Assembly (NCBI GenBank): GCA_965237955.1
Contig: OZ250169.1
Coordinates: 6,304,001-6,368,000, forward strand
DNA: 64,000 nt
Reading direction: 5' to 3'
DNA from: Candidatus Marinacidobacterales bacterium
Lineage (GTDB): Bacteria > Acidobacteriota > Vicinamibacteria > Marinacidobacterales > SMYC01
In this document: positions 50,647-59,934 of the stretch, piece by piece
How positions within the stretch are numbered: position 1 is the first letter of the stretch
Layout: every line of letters begins with the position of its first letter
The notes under the pieces: model-generated
The model's input: the letters and a program-made list of their open reading frames with translations, nothing else
Database searches by the model: none
What the model was told of the DNA's origin: nothing
Translations under genes and position numbers: made by a program

Positions 50647-52410
50647 CTACCACTGCTTCGTCGCCGACTTGAGCCGGCTTTCCGCGGCGACGAGAAAATT
50701 GCCGGAGGTGACGACAACGTCGCCCTCGGCAAGACCGGAGAGCACTTCGTAGTCGTCTCCGGATTTCACGCCGATTTCGATCTCCTGCGGTCGCAGCCGG
50801 CCCTCACCGAGATCGAGGAAGACGAGACGCCGGGGACCGGCGTACAGCACAGCTTCTTCGGGGACCACGAGTCTCTCGCCGCGTTCGCTGATGAGCTCGA
50901 CGTTCGCGTACATGTCGGGCTTCAGCTCAAGGCCCGGGTTCGGGAGCTCGACACGGATCCGCCCCGTCCGCGTGCGATCTTCGAGATACGGATAGATGAA
51001 GGACACCCGTCCTTGGAACTTCCTCCCAGGGAGGTACGGTAACGTCACCTCTGCTTTCTGGCCTTCCGAAATCGAGGGCAGCTCCGATTCGTAGACCTCG
51101 GCATCGATCCAGATACGGTCGAGTCCCGCGACCCGGTAGAGCACCTCGCCGGGCTCCACCGTCGCCCCGGCGAAGACGTTTTTCTCGATTACGTAACCGT
51201 CTACGGGCGACATGATCGGGAGGTATTGCTCGGGCTCGCCTCGGCTGACGATCTCGTCGACCTGCCACTCTTGAAGATCCCAGAGTCGAAGCCGCTTCCG
51301 AGCCGCGTCAACCAGATAGTCGGCCCGGGTTGGCGCCGAGGTCTCGCGCGCAGCACGCTGGCTTTCGAGGGCGGTGAGAAGCTCCTCCTGAGCGGCGTAG
51401 AGCTCGGGGCTGTAGAGAGTGAAAAGAGGTTTTCCTCTGCGCACACGCACCCCGGTGGCATCGGCATGGAGCTTTCCCACCCAACCGCGGTATTTGACCG
51501 TCACTTCGGCGAGGCGCCGCTCGTCATAGGTAACCTTTCCTACGGCGCGGAGGCGAACCGACACGTCTCGTCGAGCGACCGTTGCCGTCCGGACCCCGAT
51601 CGCCTGGCGGTGCTGGGCGTCCATGAAGATGACGCCGGTGTCGACTTCCTCCTGGGTCACGGGAACGAGATCCATCGAGCAGATGGGACAGGTTCCCGGC
51701 TCCTGGCTCTTGACCGAAGGGTGCATCGAGCAGGTGTAGTGGGAGATTTCTCCTTCGTGAGCGTGCTCGACGTGGGCTTCAATCTCTGGGAGGGTAGTAG
51801 GCTGAGCGACGGTTGAGTCCGTCTCGACTCCGCAGTTCGGCATGGCCTGACCCATGAAGGGGTTCTCGAGCTCCTCCCTGGGCTGCATCCACTTCGGAAA
51901 CGTCGACGTCGTGGGACAGGAATAGACGTGCCACCCTTCGAGTACACGAGTGTCGACATTGGCGAGAACGAGAAGAAGTCGGCTCAGCTCGCCAAACGCT
52001 TGGCGTGCAGCTTCCAGATCCGTTGCCTCGGCGAGAGGCGTCGCGACCCGGACAGACTCGGAAACGATGCTTTGGACACGGGGTGAGAGAGACCCGCTCT
52101 GGCCTTCGACCTCTTCCAGGGAGGAAGCGATGGCGGCAGCAGGAGCTCCGACGTCGTCGAGCCGGTCGTAGGCGAGCGCGATCCGAGCTTGTTCGTAGGC
52201 GGAAAGCGCCTCGCGCAGCGCTTCGAGGACCGGCTCGGGAAACTCCTCTCTCTCGAGAGCCGGGGCTCGCGTGCTCTTCATGCTCGACGTCGAGGCGCCC
52301 TCGTCTTTCGAACAGCTCGTGACACCGAGAGCTCCTGAAACGATCAGTAACGTCGCGGCGATAGGCCACGTCCGTCGCGGGCTTCTTTTATGGGCCTGAT
52401 GGGCGTTCAC
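50647..52410 (-). CDS. cusB: CusB-type membrane fusion protein with N-terminal DUF3347-like and heavy-metal-binding domains
   Basis: YSCP..WMQ..NPFMG..MPNCG; YTCSMHP..CPICSMDL; YSPEL; LKPDMYA. Confidence 0.88.
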   Translation of the reverse strand: MNAHQAHKRSPRRTWPIAATLLIVSGALGVTSCSKDEGASTSSMKSTRAPALEREEFPEPVLEALREALSAYEQARIALAYDRLDDVGAPAAAIASSLEEVEGQSGSLSPRVQSIVSESVRVATPLAEATDLEAARQAFGELSRLLLVLANVDTRVLEGWHVYSCPTTSTFPKWMQPREELENPFMGQAMPNCGVETDSTVAQPTTLPEIEAHVEHAHEGEISHYTCSMHPSVKSQEPGTCPICSMDLVPVTQEEVDTGVIFMDAQHRQAIGVRTATVARRDVSVRLRAVGKVTYDERRLAEVTVKYRGWVGKLHADATGVRVRRGKPLFTLYSPELYAAQEELLTALESQRAARETSAPTRADYLVDAARKRLRLWDLQEWQVDEIVSRGEPEQYLPIMSPVDGYVIEKNVFAGATVEPGEVLYRVAGLDRIWIDAEVYESELPSISEGQKAEVTLPYLPGRKFQGRVSFIYPYLEDRTRTGRIRVELPNPGLELKPDMYANVELISERGERLVVPEEAVLYAGPRRLVFLDLGEGRLRPQEIEIGVKSGDDYEVLSGLAEGDVVVTSGNFLVAAESRLKSATKQW

Positions 52411-53756
52411 TTCATACCTCCTTCGAGGGCCTTGTCCCTCGGTGCGTCTCGTCCGCTGCCGCTTTCATCTGCGATGGACAGGGCTGGAATCCTGCCGAGA
52501 GCGCGGTCCAGCTCAGCGCGGCGCCGGTAAAAGTCGGTGAGAGCCTCTTCGTAGCCGAGCTGGACGCTCCGCTGATTGCGTTCGGCTTCGATGAGCGCGA
52601 GAAAACTGTTCTGGCCGGTCTCGAACCCGGCCCTGGCAGCGCGAATCTGATCCCTCGAGGGGGGGAGGAGCCGGCTCCGATAAAGCTCCACGACGTGCTC
52701 GGCTTCGAGCAGTCTTTCCTGAGCCATGTAGACTTCGGCCCGGATCGTGTCCTCGAGCGCCGTGCGCGCACTTTCTGCCTGTTTGAGGGTCGCCGCCGCC
52801 TCGGCGGATGCGGCGCGGAGGCGATCGCGGCGAATGGGGATGTTGATGCCAATCCCGACCGTCCACCGATGCTCCGAATTACCCCACCTGGAATTGAACG
52901 AGGTCGTCGCCTCGAAGTCGGGGTAGAAATCCTTCTCGCGCAGACGGACCTCCACCTCTCGGGCTTCGATCTCCGCGAGGCGGGCCTTGAGCTCCGGTCG
53001 TTTGGCGAGCGCCCGGTCCGCCTGCCCCGTGATGTCGAGCTCCCGAGGCGCGGGCACAGCGAGCTCGGATGGGGGAGGAGGGAGGCTCGCGTCCGGCGCC
53101 CGATGAAGAAGCGCGTTCAACTGCGCGACGATTGTCCGCTGGCTCGTTCGTAGTACGACATCGCGATGGAGAACGTGCGCGACCTCGACCTCGGCCTGAA
53201 GCGGATCCTGCTGTGCGGCAAGCCCCGATACGTAGCGGGCCGTCGCGATGCGCTGGAAGTCCTCCAACAGACCGATGTGCTCGGCGTTGATTTCGAGCGC
53301 ACGGACGACAAAGTAGTAATCGTCGAAGAGCAAGGAGGCCAACGTCGCTAGCTGCAGCCGCACAGCCTGGTAATCGTGACGAGCCGCTTCGGCCTCGGCG
53401 CGAGCGATCTCTCCTCTGAGGCGAAGCTTGCCCGGGTAAGGGAGGCGCTGGGCAAAACCGATGCTCTGCCCGTAGCGCACGTCGCCGGCGCCAATGCTGA
53501 GCGGGGCGACGCTGTACGAGACACTGGGATCGTCGAGGCTCGACAACTGAGGCTCTCGCTCCCGCGCCGCCTCCCAGGCTTGGCGCGCTGCTTCGATCGC
53601 AGGGTTACGCTCGACTACGGCGCGGATCACCGTCTCGCGATCGAGCCGGTCGAGCTCGGAAAGAGGATCCCGCTGCGGTTCTTGAGCGAGTAAGAGCGCC
53701 GAGCTCAGTTCCAATGCCGCAAACTTCAGTAAGTAGTATAGGAAAACGTTTCGCAA
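52407..53756 (-). CDS. TolC/CusC-family outer membrane factor
   Basis: NPAI, QRLPYPGKL, RPEL, YPD, LLPP. TTG start 53756 with SD GGGAGG. Confidence 0.88.
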   Translation of the reverse strand: MRNVFLYYLLKFAALELSSALLLAQEPQRDPLSELDRLDRETVIRAVVERNPAIEAARQAWEAAREREPQLSSLDDPSVSYSVAPLSIGAGDVRYGQSIGFAQRLPYPGKLRLRGEIARAEAEAARHDYQAVRLQLATLASLLFDDYYFVVRALEINAEHIGLLEDFQRIATARYVSGLAAQQDPLQAEVEVAHVLHRDVVLRTSQRTIVAQLNALLHRAPDASLPPPPSELAVPAPRELDITGQADRALAKRPELKARLAEIEAREVEVRLREKDFYPDFEATTSFNSRWGNSEHRWTVGIGINIPIRRDRLRAASAEAAATLKQAESARTALEDTIRAEVYMAQERLLEAEHVVELYRSRLLPPSRDQIRAARAGFETGQNSFLALIEAERNQRSVQLGYEEALTDFYRRRAELDRALGRIPALSIADESGSGRDAPRDKALEGGMK

Positions 53757-53871
53757 ATTGGCCTCCCGCGCCTGCACGAGCGGCAGACGTTGTCCAAGTG
53801 ATTGGATGGATTTAAGGAGGCGGCGGAAGGAGTACCGCACGCCCTCGCCCGTGCAGACGGGCGCTAGGGCA

Positions 53872-54249
53872 TCAACTCAGGAGTGGAATGTCGAGGGGTT
53901 GGTTCGCCAGTAAGGGGGGCGATCCGCGCGAAGACGAAAACGGAATGACTCTGTAGCCGGCGTCGGGCGCGGTGACGACAGCGGCTAGGACGGCCGCGCC
54001 TGGGGCGCCCTTGACGTCCATAGAGGACGGGAAGGGCGATTCCACCGACGCAGGGTTCTGCGAAGTTCTATCCGGCTTGCAGCAGTCCTCAGTCTTCTCA
54101 GGCATGTTGCAATGGTGAGCATCGCCGCGGCAGCACTCCATCGCCTGCTTGTCGTCCGGTCCATCGGCACAGACGAGACCGGCCAGCGAAGAGAGGACCA
54201 GGACGAGCACAAGACACCCGCCGGCCGTCTTCGAGGCTAATCCTGCCAT
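53872..54249 (-). CDS. Cys-rich leader ORF with signal-like N-terminus and C-terminal RGSPP (putative regulatory uORF of cusCBA)
   Basis: Hydrophobic CLVLVLVLSSLAGLVC, MECC..HHC..DCC core, RGSPP at 53928-53914; TATAGT lies 6 nt before the ATG. Confidence 0.7.
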   Translation of the reverse strand: MAGLASKTAGGCLVLVLVLSSLAGLVCADGPDDKQAMECCRGDAHHCNMPEKTEDCCKPDRTSQNPASVESPFPSSMDVKGAPGAAVLAAVVTAPDAGYRVIPFSSSRGSPPLLANQPLDIPLLS

Positions 54250-54303
54250 GTGCCTACTATAGCCTGGCCCACTTCAAGTTTCGAGCCTGCTAGAGACATT
54301 ATT

Positions 54304-56019
54304 GCCTCTCCTGCCATTTCAGTGGATCCTCTCGAGGGTGAGACCGCCACAGTTTAGGTAGACGAGACTGATGAGAGCTTCGGCAGAGTGGAGTCCAAAG
54401 CTGCGGTGGCTCAGCAGCCGGATTTTGTTGTTCATTCCTTCGAGTCGGCCGTTGCTGAGTCTCCACGTGACCCACGCGATGACGCCATCGAAGTGGCTGC
54501 TCATCTTCGCCGCGCGTTTGACGGGCTCTATCCTCGAGCTCATAGCGCGCCGCAGCCATCCTCGGAGAAACTTCTTGGCCCATGTCTCGGTTTTGTAGGT
54601 GTAGAGGTCCATGAAGTTGTCGCGCAGAAGCATGGCGCGGTAGAGGCGACGATTAGCTCGCACCTGCTCGCGGAGCACCCGTTTGTCTTTCGCGCTGCGG
54701 TTGTGTTTGGCCTTGAGAAGGGGAAACTTGGTGTTCTTGAGGTTGCGCCGGGCAGTCCCTTTGAGCTCGCGCACCAGCTCGCGCCGGGTCTTATCCACGG
54801 CCTCGTTCAGATGCTTGACGATGTGGAAGCGGTCAAAGATCACCCGTGCCTGAGGAGCCTTTTTGCCGACGACAGTTATGTACGGCTCCCACATGTCCAT
54901 GCTGACCGCTTCGAGCTCCGCGGCTCTTTGTGGTCCGAGCTTGCGGAAAAACCGCAGCAGCGTCTTGGCCTTGCGCTCCTTTCCCGCCCAGACGACCCGG
55001 CCGCTGAGATGGTCTATTACCACTGTTAAGTACTTGTGGCGTTTGCGGTAGCTGATCTCGTCCATCCCAATCACCCGCAATCCATCGAGCTCGCGCCGCT
55101 CATCCCGCTGCTCGGCAACCACTCGCTGGATGATCCGTCGCACCGAACGCCACGTCACTCGGAAATAGTTCGCTACGGCGCTGACGTCCGTCCTCTGTGC
55201 CAGCCACGCTACCTCTTGTTCGAAGCTTTTGGTAAAGCGGCTTCCCTTGTCGGCCCAAGGCACCTTTTCTCTGACCACTCCACACCGCCGACATACTACT
55301 CGTCGGATCGAGTAGCGAAGATAGGTCCGGACTCCGAACAGGTCCAAGTGCCGCCAGTAGCGATTGTAGCGATCTTTGTTCTTGCGGACCTTTCGTCCGC
55401 AAATCCCGCACAGAGGCTTCCTCCTCCGTGGTACTACATCCACCACCACTCTGGCTTTGTCCGCCTGGAAGTGGAAACCTCGGACCCACAGGCCTTGCAA
55501 TCCGATGAGCTTGTTGACTAACGTAGTAACGCGCATCGCTGGAACGCTCTTTTCTCTTTCGGAAAAAAAGATTCTAGCGTTCTCGCCGATGCGCATCTAC
55601 ACATGGCTTACCCTCTCAACCCACGGGCCTCACCAAATGCCACTGCCCCTCAGCGGGAGACGAGGCTGTGGGAAACGCCCCCACGGTTCTGGTCGTTCAG
55701 ACCTTGCTCACGACTGAGTTCTCTTCGAAGCCTGGAAGGGCGTTTTCCATAGCCTCCACTAATCGAGCCCCCCCTTCCTTATTCCATATGAATTAATCTT
55801 TCTTGTATATATATCAGGAGGGGCCTGTGGGCGCTCGTGGGAAACGCGAAGCGTTTTCCAAGCGATTGTGGAAAACGCCGCTCCACGTTTGTACGTGCTC
55901 ACAACCTTTCCCTAAACGCCTCTCTCGCCCGGAGTTTCCGGCGTTTTCCACAATCGCGGCAGCGTCCATAGGCCATGCCCTCCAACACAAATCAGATCCC
56001 CCGAAACGACAGGAGAACC
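54304..56019 (-). mobile_element. ISL3-family insertion sequence, copy 2 (1716 bp)
   Basis: Same IRs as copy 1; own 8-bp TSD ACATTATT at 54296-54303 and 56020-56027. Confidence 0.95.
54319..55536 (-). CDS. ISL3-family transposase
   Basis: As copy 1; intact C-terminus RSFGLHS; 3-bp deletion relative to copy 1. Confidence 0.93.
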   Translation of the reverse strand: MRVTTLVNKLIGLQGLWVRGFHFQADKARVVVDVVPRRRKPLCGICGRKVRKNKDRYNRYWRHLDLFGVRTYLRYSIRRVVCRRCGVVREKVPWADKGSRFTKSFEQEVAWLAQRTDVSAVANYFRVTWRSVRRIIQRVVAEQRDERRELDGLRVIGMDEISYRKRHKYLTVVIDHLSGRVVWAGKERKAKTLLRFFRKLGPQRAAELEAVSMDMWEPYITVVGKKAPQARVIFDRFHIVKHLNEAVDKTRRELVRELKGTARRNLKNTKFPLLKAKHNRSAKDKRVLREQVRANRRLYRAMLLRDNFMDLYTYKTETWAKKFLRGWLRRAMSSRIEPVKRAAKMSSHFDGVIAWVTWRLSNGRLEGMNNKIRLLSHRSFGLHSAEALISLVYLNCGGLTLERIH

Positions 56020-56030
56020 ACATTATTAAA

Positions 56031-56308
56031 GGCGCGGTGCAACGTGGTCTAACGGTAACGTCGCCCAATTCGGGCTAACGCCGACTCGCGGTGCTACATC
56101 ATCCGCTACGGTTTCTACAGAACGAGGTCAGGGAAACGCCGTCGATATCGCTGCGTCGGGTGCGGAAAGACGTTCCCCGACGAAAGGCACGCCCTACTAC
56201 AGTCTCCAGCATCGGCGAGCTACGTTCGATGCGGTCGTGGCGCTCAGAGTTGAGGGCGTCAGCATTTCCGCGATTGCTCGGATCGAAGGGATTGCCTGGA
56301 ACACCGTC
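56031..56308 (+). pseudogene. IS1-family transposase N-terminal remnant (Zn ribbon + HTH)
   Basis: IIRYGFYRTRSGKRRRYRCVGCGKTF / TKGTPYY..VEGVSISAIARIEGIAWNTV, frameshifted and truncated. Confidence 0.65.
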
Positions 56309-56487
56309 AGAGAGGCCCGGGCGATCGATGGCAACGCGATGACGGCGAGATGGTAGACGGAGGTAACGGAGGCGTGCCTGGGCGAAAGGAAACTCGCCAC
56401 CACGGTGGATCGCGTTCCGCGTCGGCTCACGAAATATCCATCGACCTCTTCTCGAGCACTTTGGTTCGGAGAGAGCGGTCGGGAAGT

Positions 56488-56516
56488 TTGACTTAGCGCG
56501 AAGCTTCGGGGAGAAT
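56488..56516 (+). promoter_or_regulatory. Putative sigma-70 promoter for the His-rich leader (leaderless start)
   Basis: TTGACT-N17-GAGAAT, 7 nt before GTG 56524. Confidence 0.5.
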
Positions 56517-56523
56517 CAACGTT

Positions 56524-56985
56524 GTGAAGGGCCATGTCCATAGGATTGTCACTGCAAGCCTCCAGATAGCTGCGCTGATCGTTTTCTCGGCTGCGGCTCC
56601 TCTGGCTCATCTTCATCAAGGTCAAGGTCAACGCGGTCGAGGTCACTTCGATCATCACGAACGTCACGGGGAGCTCCCGCCACATCACGGGATCACATTT
56701 CATGCTCATTTAGACGGCCACCCGCACGGCTCGAACCAAGAGTCCACTGAGGATCCTAGCGGCCGGGGTGAGAGCCAAGACGATTCCCTGAACATCTCGC
56801 ACGGCCGGATGGACTCAACCCGCATCGAGCGGCCCGCGGGTCCCCACCTCGCGCTCGCGGCCACGGTCGAGCTCAGTCCCCCATCGACTACGTGTCCTGC
56901 CCTCGCCAGCGCTGGTTTTGACGTCTATCGCCCGCCGCCGCTTCTCTTCCGAAAGCCTGTCCGTGCCCCACCCTCCTCTTGCTAA
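56524..56985 (+). CDS. His-rich leader ORF with signal/TM N-terminus and C-terminal RAPP arrest motif (putative regulatory uORF)
   Basis: IAALIVFSAAAPLAHLH, His-rich core, RPPP...VRAPP (RAPP codons 56962-56973), then SSC stop. Confidence 0.75.
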   Translation: MKGHVHRIVTASLQIAALIVFSAAAPLAHLHQGQGQRGRGHFDHHERHGELPPHHGITFHAHLDGHPHGSNQESTEDPSGRGESQDDSLNISHGRMDSTRIERPAGPHLALAATVELSPPSTTCPALASAGFDVYRPPPLLFRKPVRAPPSSC

Positions 56986-56999
56986 GAGGTAAGTGAGTC

Positions 57000-57083
57000 T
57001 GCCTTTCTAAAGGCACATCCACTTTTTCTTTTTTTTCCGAATTCTTAGCATTCTTAACTGGGTTGATGCCCGCATCGGAAGGA
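57000..57083 (+). promoter_or_regulatory. Attenuator-like spacer: hairpin, U-tract and anti-SD pairing
   Basis: TGCCTTT-CT-AAAGGCA (57000-57015), T-rich 57023-57036, TTCCGA (57035-57040) complementary to TCGGAA overlapping the SD (57075-57083). Confidence 0.5.
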
Positions 57084-57088
57084 CGTGT

Positions 57089-58414
57089 ATGTCCGAAAAG
57101 GTGACGATCGCATTGGGTCTCGGACGGAACTTGTTTCTCACGACGCTGACTGCGGTTTCCGCGGTCCTGCCCCAGGTATCGGCGCCCCAGGTATCCGCGG
57201 AAGAGTCCGTCCAGCGAATCACCCTCGAGCAGGCGTTAGAGATGTTCGAAGAGAACAACCTGGAGCTCCGTGTAGTAGCGGCCGAGCGTGACCGGGCACT
57301 CGGCTTCGCCGAGCAGGCCAAAGCGCATCCAAATCCGGTGGCGGCAGTTAGCCACGAGGGTTTGTCTGAGAGTGGGCGAGACTACTCGGAAAGCTACTTC
57401 ACGCTCAGCCAGCGTCTGGAGTGGCCAGGACGACGTGGGGCGCGAGCAGAGACGTCGGGCGGGGAGGCGGCCGCGCTGGAATCGAGGCTCGATGCGGAGC
57501 GCCATCGACTCGCGTTCGAGGTGAAGCGGACCTTCATCGAGGCGGTGGATGCGGAGGAACGGGTGGCCGTTGCCTCTGAAGTCCGCTCGGTTTTCCGGAT
57601 GGCGGAGAATAGCGGCCGGGAGCGTTTCCGCGAGGGGGACCTATCCGGCTATGACGCGCGACGACTTCGCATCGAGCGAGCGCGTTACGAAAACCTTGGC
57701 GCGTCGGCCGAAATTGATCTCAAGAACGCGCGTCTACGGCTCGCGTCCTTGATTCTCCCCGGAGCGCCCGGACAAGACCTCCAGGAGATCGCCCCAACGG
57801 CGGCGCCCGAGGGCGTACCTCCGTCCGTCCGGGAGCTTCAGGAGAAAACGGCGGTAGCACTCGCTCTCGAGCGGCGGGCGGACATGCGAAGCGCTGAGGC
57901 GCAGATGGCCGCGGCGGACGCTTCCATCCGGTATCTCTCGACCTTCACGGGGCCGGATGTGACGTTGACAGGAGGCTACAAGCGGCAATCCGATGGCTTC
58001 GATGGCTTTTTCTTGGGAGTGAACGTTCCGCTTCCCACGTTCGACCGTCGGAAAGGGGACCTCGAAGCCGCCGAGGCCGGTTTGCGTGCCGCGATCGCGC
58101 GGGTTGATCTCACCCGGCGTTCGATCGAGAACGACGTGCGGAGCTCGCTGGCAGCGTATGCGTCCGTCTCCGAGCGCATCGTCCTGATTCGCAACCAGCT
58201 CCTGACTGGAACCGACGATCTGCTTCGGATCGCGCGCGTGAGCTACAGCGAGGGCGAGATGTCTCTGCTGGAGCTCCTCGATGCCGCCGAAGCGTTCACA
58301 GAATTACAGACCATGGAGTCGCAACTCAAGTCGGAGCACTGGATTCGTTACTACGACCTCGAGCGCGCGACGGGTACAGCCATCAGCGTCATGACAGGGG
58401 AAATCGAGCCATGA
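57089..58414 (+). CDS. TolC/CzcC-family outer membrane factor
   Basis: NNLEL, HPNP, SQRLEWPGRR, VPLPTFDR, YSEGEMSLLELLDA. Confidence 0.9.
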   Translation: MSEKVTIALGLGRNLFLTTLTAVSAVLPQVSAPQVSAEESVQRITLEQALEMFEENNLELRVVAAERDRALGFAEQAKAHPNPVAAVSHEGLSESGRDYSESYFTLSQRLEWPGRRGARAETSGGEAAALESRLDAERHRLAFEVKRTFIEAVDAEERVAVASEVRSVFRMAENSGRERFREGDLSGYDARRLRIERARYENLGASAEIDLKNARLRLASLILPGAPGQDLQEIAPTAAPEGVPPSVRELQEKTAVALALERRADMRSAEAQMAAADASIRYLSTFTGPDVTLTGGYKRQSDGFDGFFLGVNVPLPTFDRRKGDLEAAEAGLRAAIARVDLTRRSIENDVRSSLAAYASVSERIVLIRNQLLTGTDDLLRIARVSYSEGEMSLLELLDAAEAFTELQTMESQLKSEHWIRYYDLERATGTAISVMTGEIEP

Positions 58415-59923
58415 AGACATCGGCGAATGCGTTGACCGTGGATCTTGCTATCGTCCTCCTTGCGTTCGGCCTTACGAGCTGCGTCGAACCAAGGCCGAGC
58501 GGTGACGTAAGCCAGGAGGAGGATCACGAGCACGGGGGCGGAGCGGCGGTCACGATCTGGACAGAGAACGTGGAGCTCTTTTTCGAGTATCCCCCTATGG
58601 TGGCGGGTGGGGCCGGCGAACCGTGGGCCATCCATCTGACCTTTCTCGAGGACTTCCAGCCGGTGAGAGAGGGCAAACTGACGCTCCGCTTCGTCGGACC
58701 GGATCAGAAGGAGTACACGAGCGTCGCCGAGACTCCGGCGCGAGACGGGATCTTCACGCCGGCCCCCTCGCTTCCGAACGAAGAGGCTTACCAACTCACG
58801 ATGACCCTCGAAAGCCCGAGGGGGGAGGAAGAGATTCCGGTGGGCGAGATCCGCGTCTTCGGCTCGAGCGCAGAGCTCCCGCACGCAGAGGACGCTCCCG
58901 CCGCCGGCATCTCTTTCCTCAAGGAGCAGCAGTGGACCACTCCCTTCGCCACCGCGCCCGCGATCGAGCGCGAGCTCAAGCGGTCGATATCGGCGAACGG
59001 CGAAATCGTTCCGGTCCCGAATGCCGTCGCTCGAGTTACGGCGCCAGTGGAAGGAATCGTCCGCGCGAAGCACAACCTCGGCGCACCCATTCCCGGTGAT
59101 TGGGTGGAAGCGGGAGAGCGAATCGCCGTTTTGTCCCCCGTCCCGGAGGAGAACGCCTACGCGGCGCTCAAGGCCAAGGTGGAAGCGCTTGGAGCGCGAA
59201 GTCGAGCGTGCCGAGCGGCTGAGCGCGGTCGAGGCCATCCCGGAGAGACGGCTCGTCGAAGCGCGGCACGACCTGGAAGTGAGCCGCGCCGCGCTCGAAG
59301 CCGTCGGCGACGTGGACGGAGAGGGTTACGAGCTGACGCTCACCGCTCCCATCAACGGTCTCGTGACGGAGCGTAATCTGACAATAGGCGAGAGGGTTCG
59401 TGCAGGCGAACGCCTGTTCAGCATCGTCGACCCAAAAACGCTGTGGCTACGCGTCCAGATTCCCGCTCGGGAGGCGGCAATCGTGTCCGAGGTTTCGAGT
59501 GGGTCGTTTACAGTCGAAGGGAGCCCACGGGTGTACGACGGTGCCCGGCTCGTCTCTGTCGGAGCCGCTATCGACCCCGAACGGCGCACGCTTCCGGTGG
59601 TCCTCGAAACGCGAAATCGAGACGGAAGGCTGAAGGTCGGGATGCTCGTCGAAGCCCGGCTCTTCCTCGCCGAAAGCGTTGAGGGAGTCGCGGTCCCCTC
59701 ACGGGCGCTCCGCAAAGAGGACGCCCTCGACGTGGCGTACGTCCAAGTAGGTGGAGAGAGCTTCGAGCGGCGTGTGCTTGCGCTCGGGCCCTCAGACGGC
59801 AAGTGGACCCTGGTGACGGGCGGTATCCGTTCTGGCGAGCGCGTCGTCACCGAAGGTGCTTATCAGGTTCGCCTCGCGTCGCTCAACGCGTCGGAGATCG
59901 CGGATCACGGCCACCCACATTAG
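58411..59923 (+). CDS. CzcB-like membrane fusion lipoprotein (1-nt frameshift near 59185)
   Basis: Lipobox LTSC, DHEH, T.W...ELFFEYPP, FLKEQQW, LTAPING, GESFERR, C-terminal HGHPH. Confidence 0.85.
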
Positions 59924-59934
59924 AAGACTGCATA

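Noticed and set aside
1787-56019. Composite transposon bounded by the two ISL3 copies
   Set aside because: Each copy has its own distinct TSD, and the interval contains core genes (uvrB, ispH, lexA).
867-59923. Programmed frameshifting or mass pseudogenisation (PP2C, paaK-like, PilZ, DinB, 41-43 kb gene, MFP, ISL3 copy 1)
   Set aside because: All are single-base indels, several in homopolymers, in otherwise intact genes with no shared slippery motif. Long-read consensus error is most parsimonious; reads are needed to confirm.
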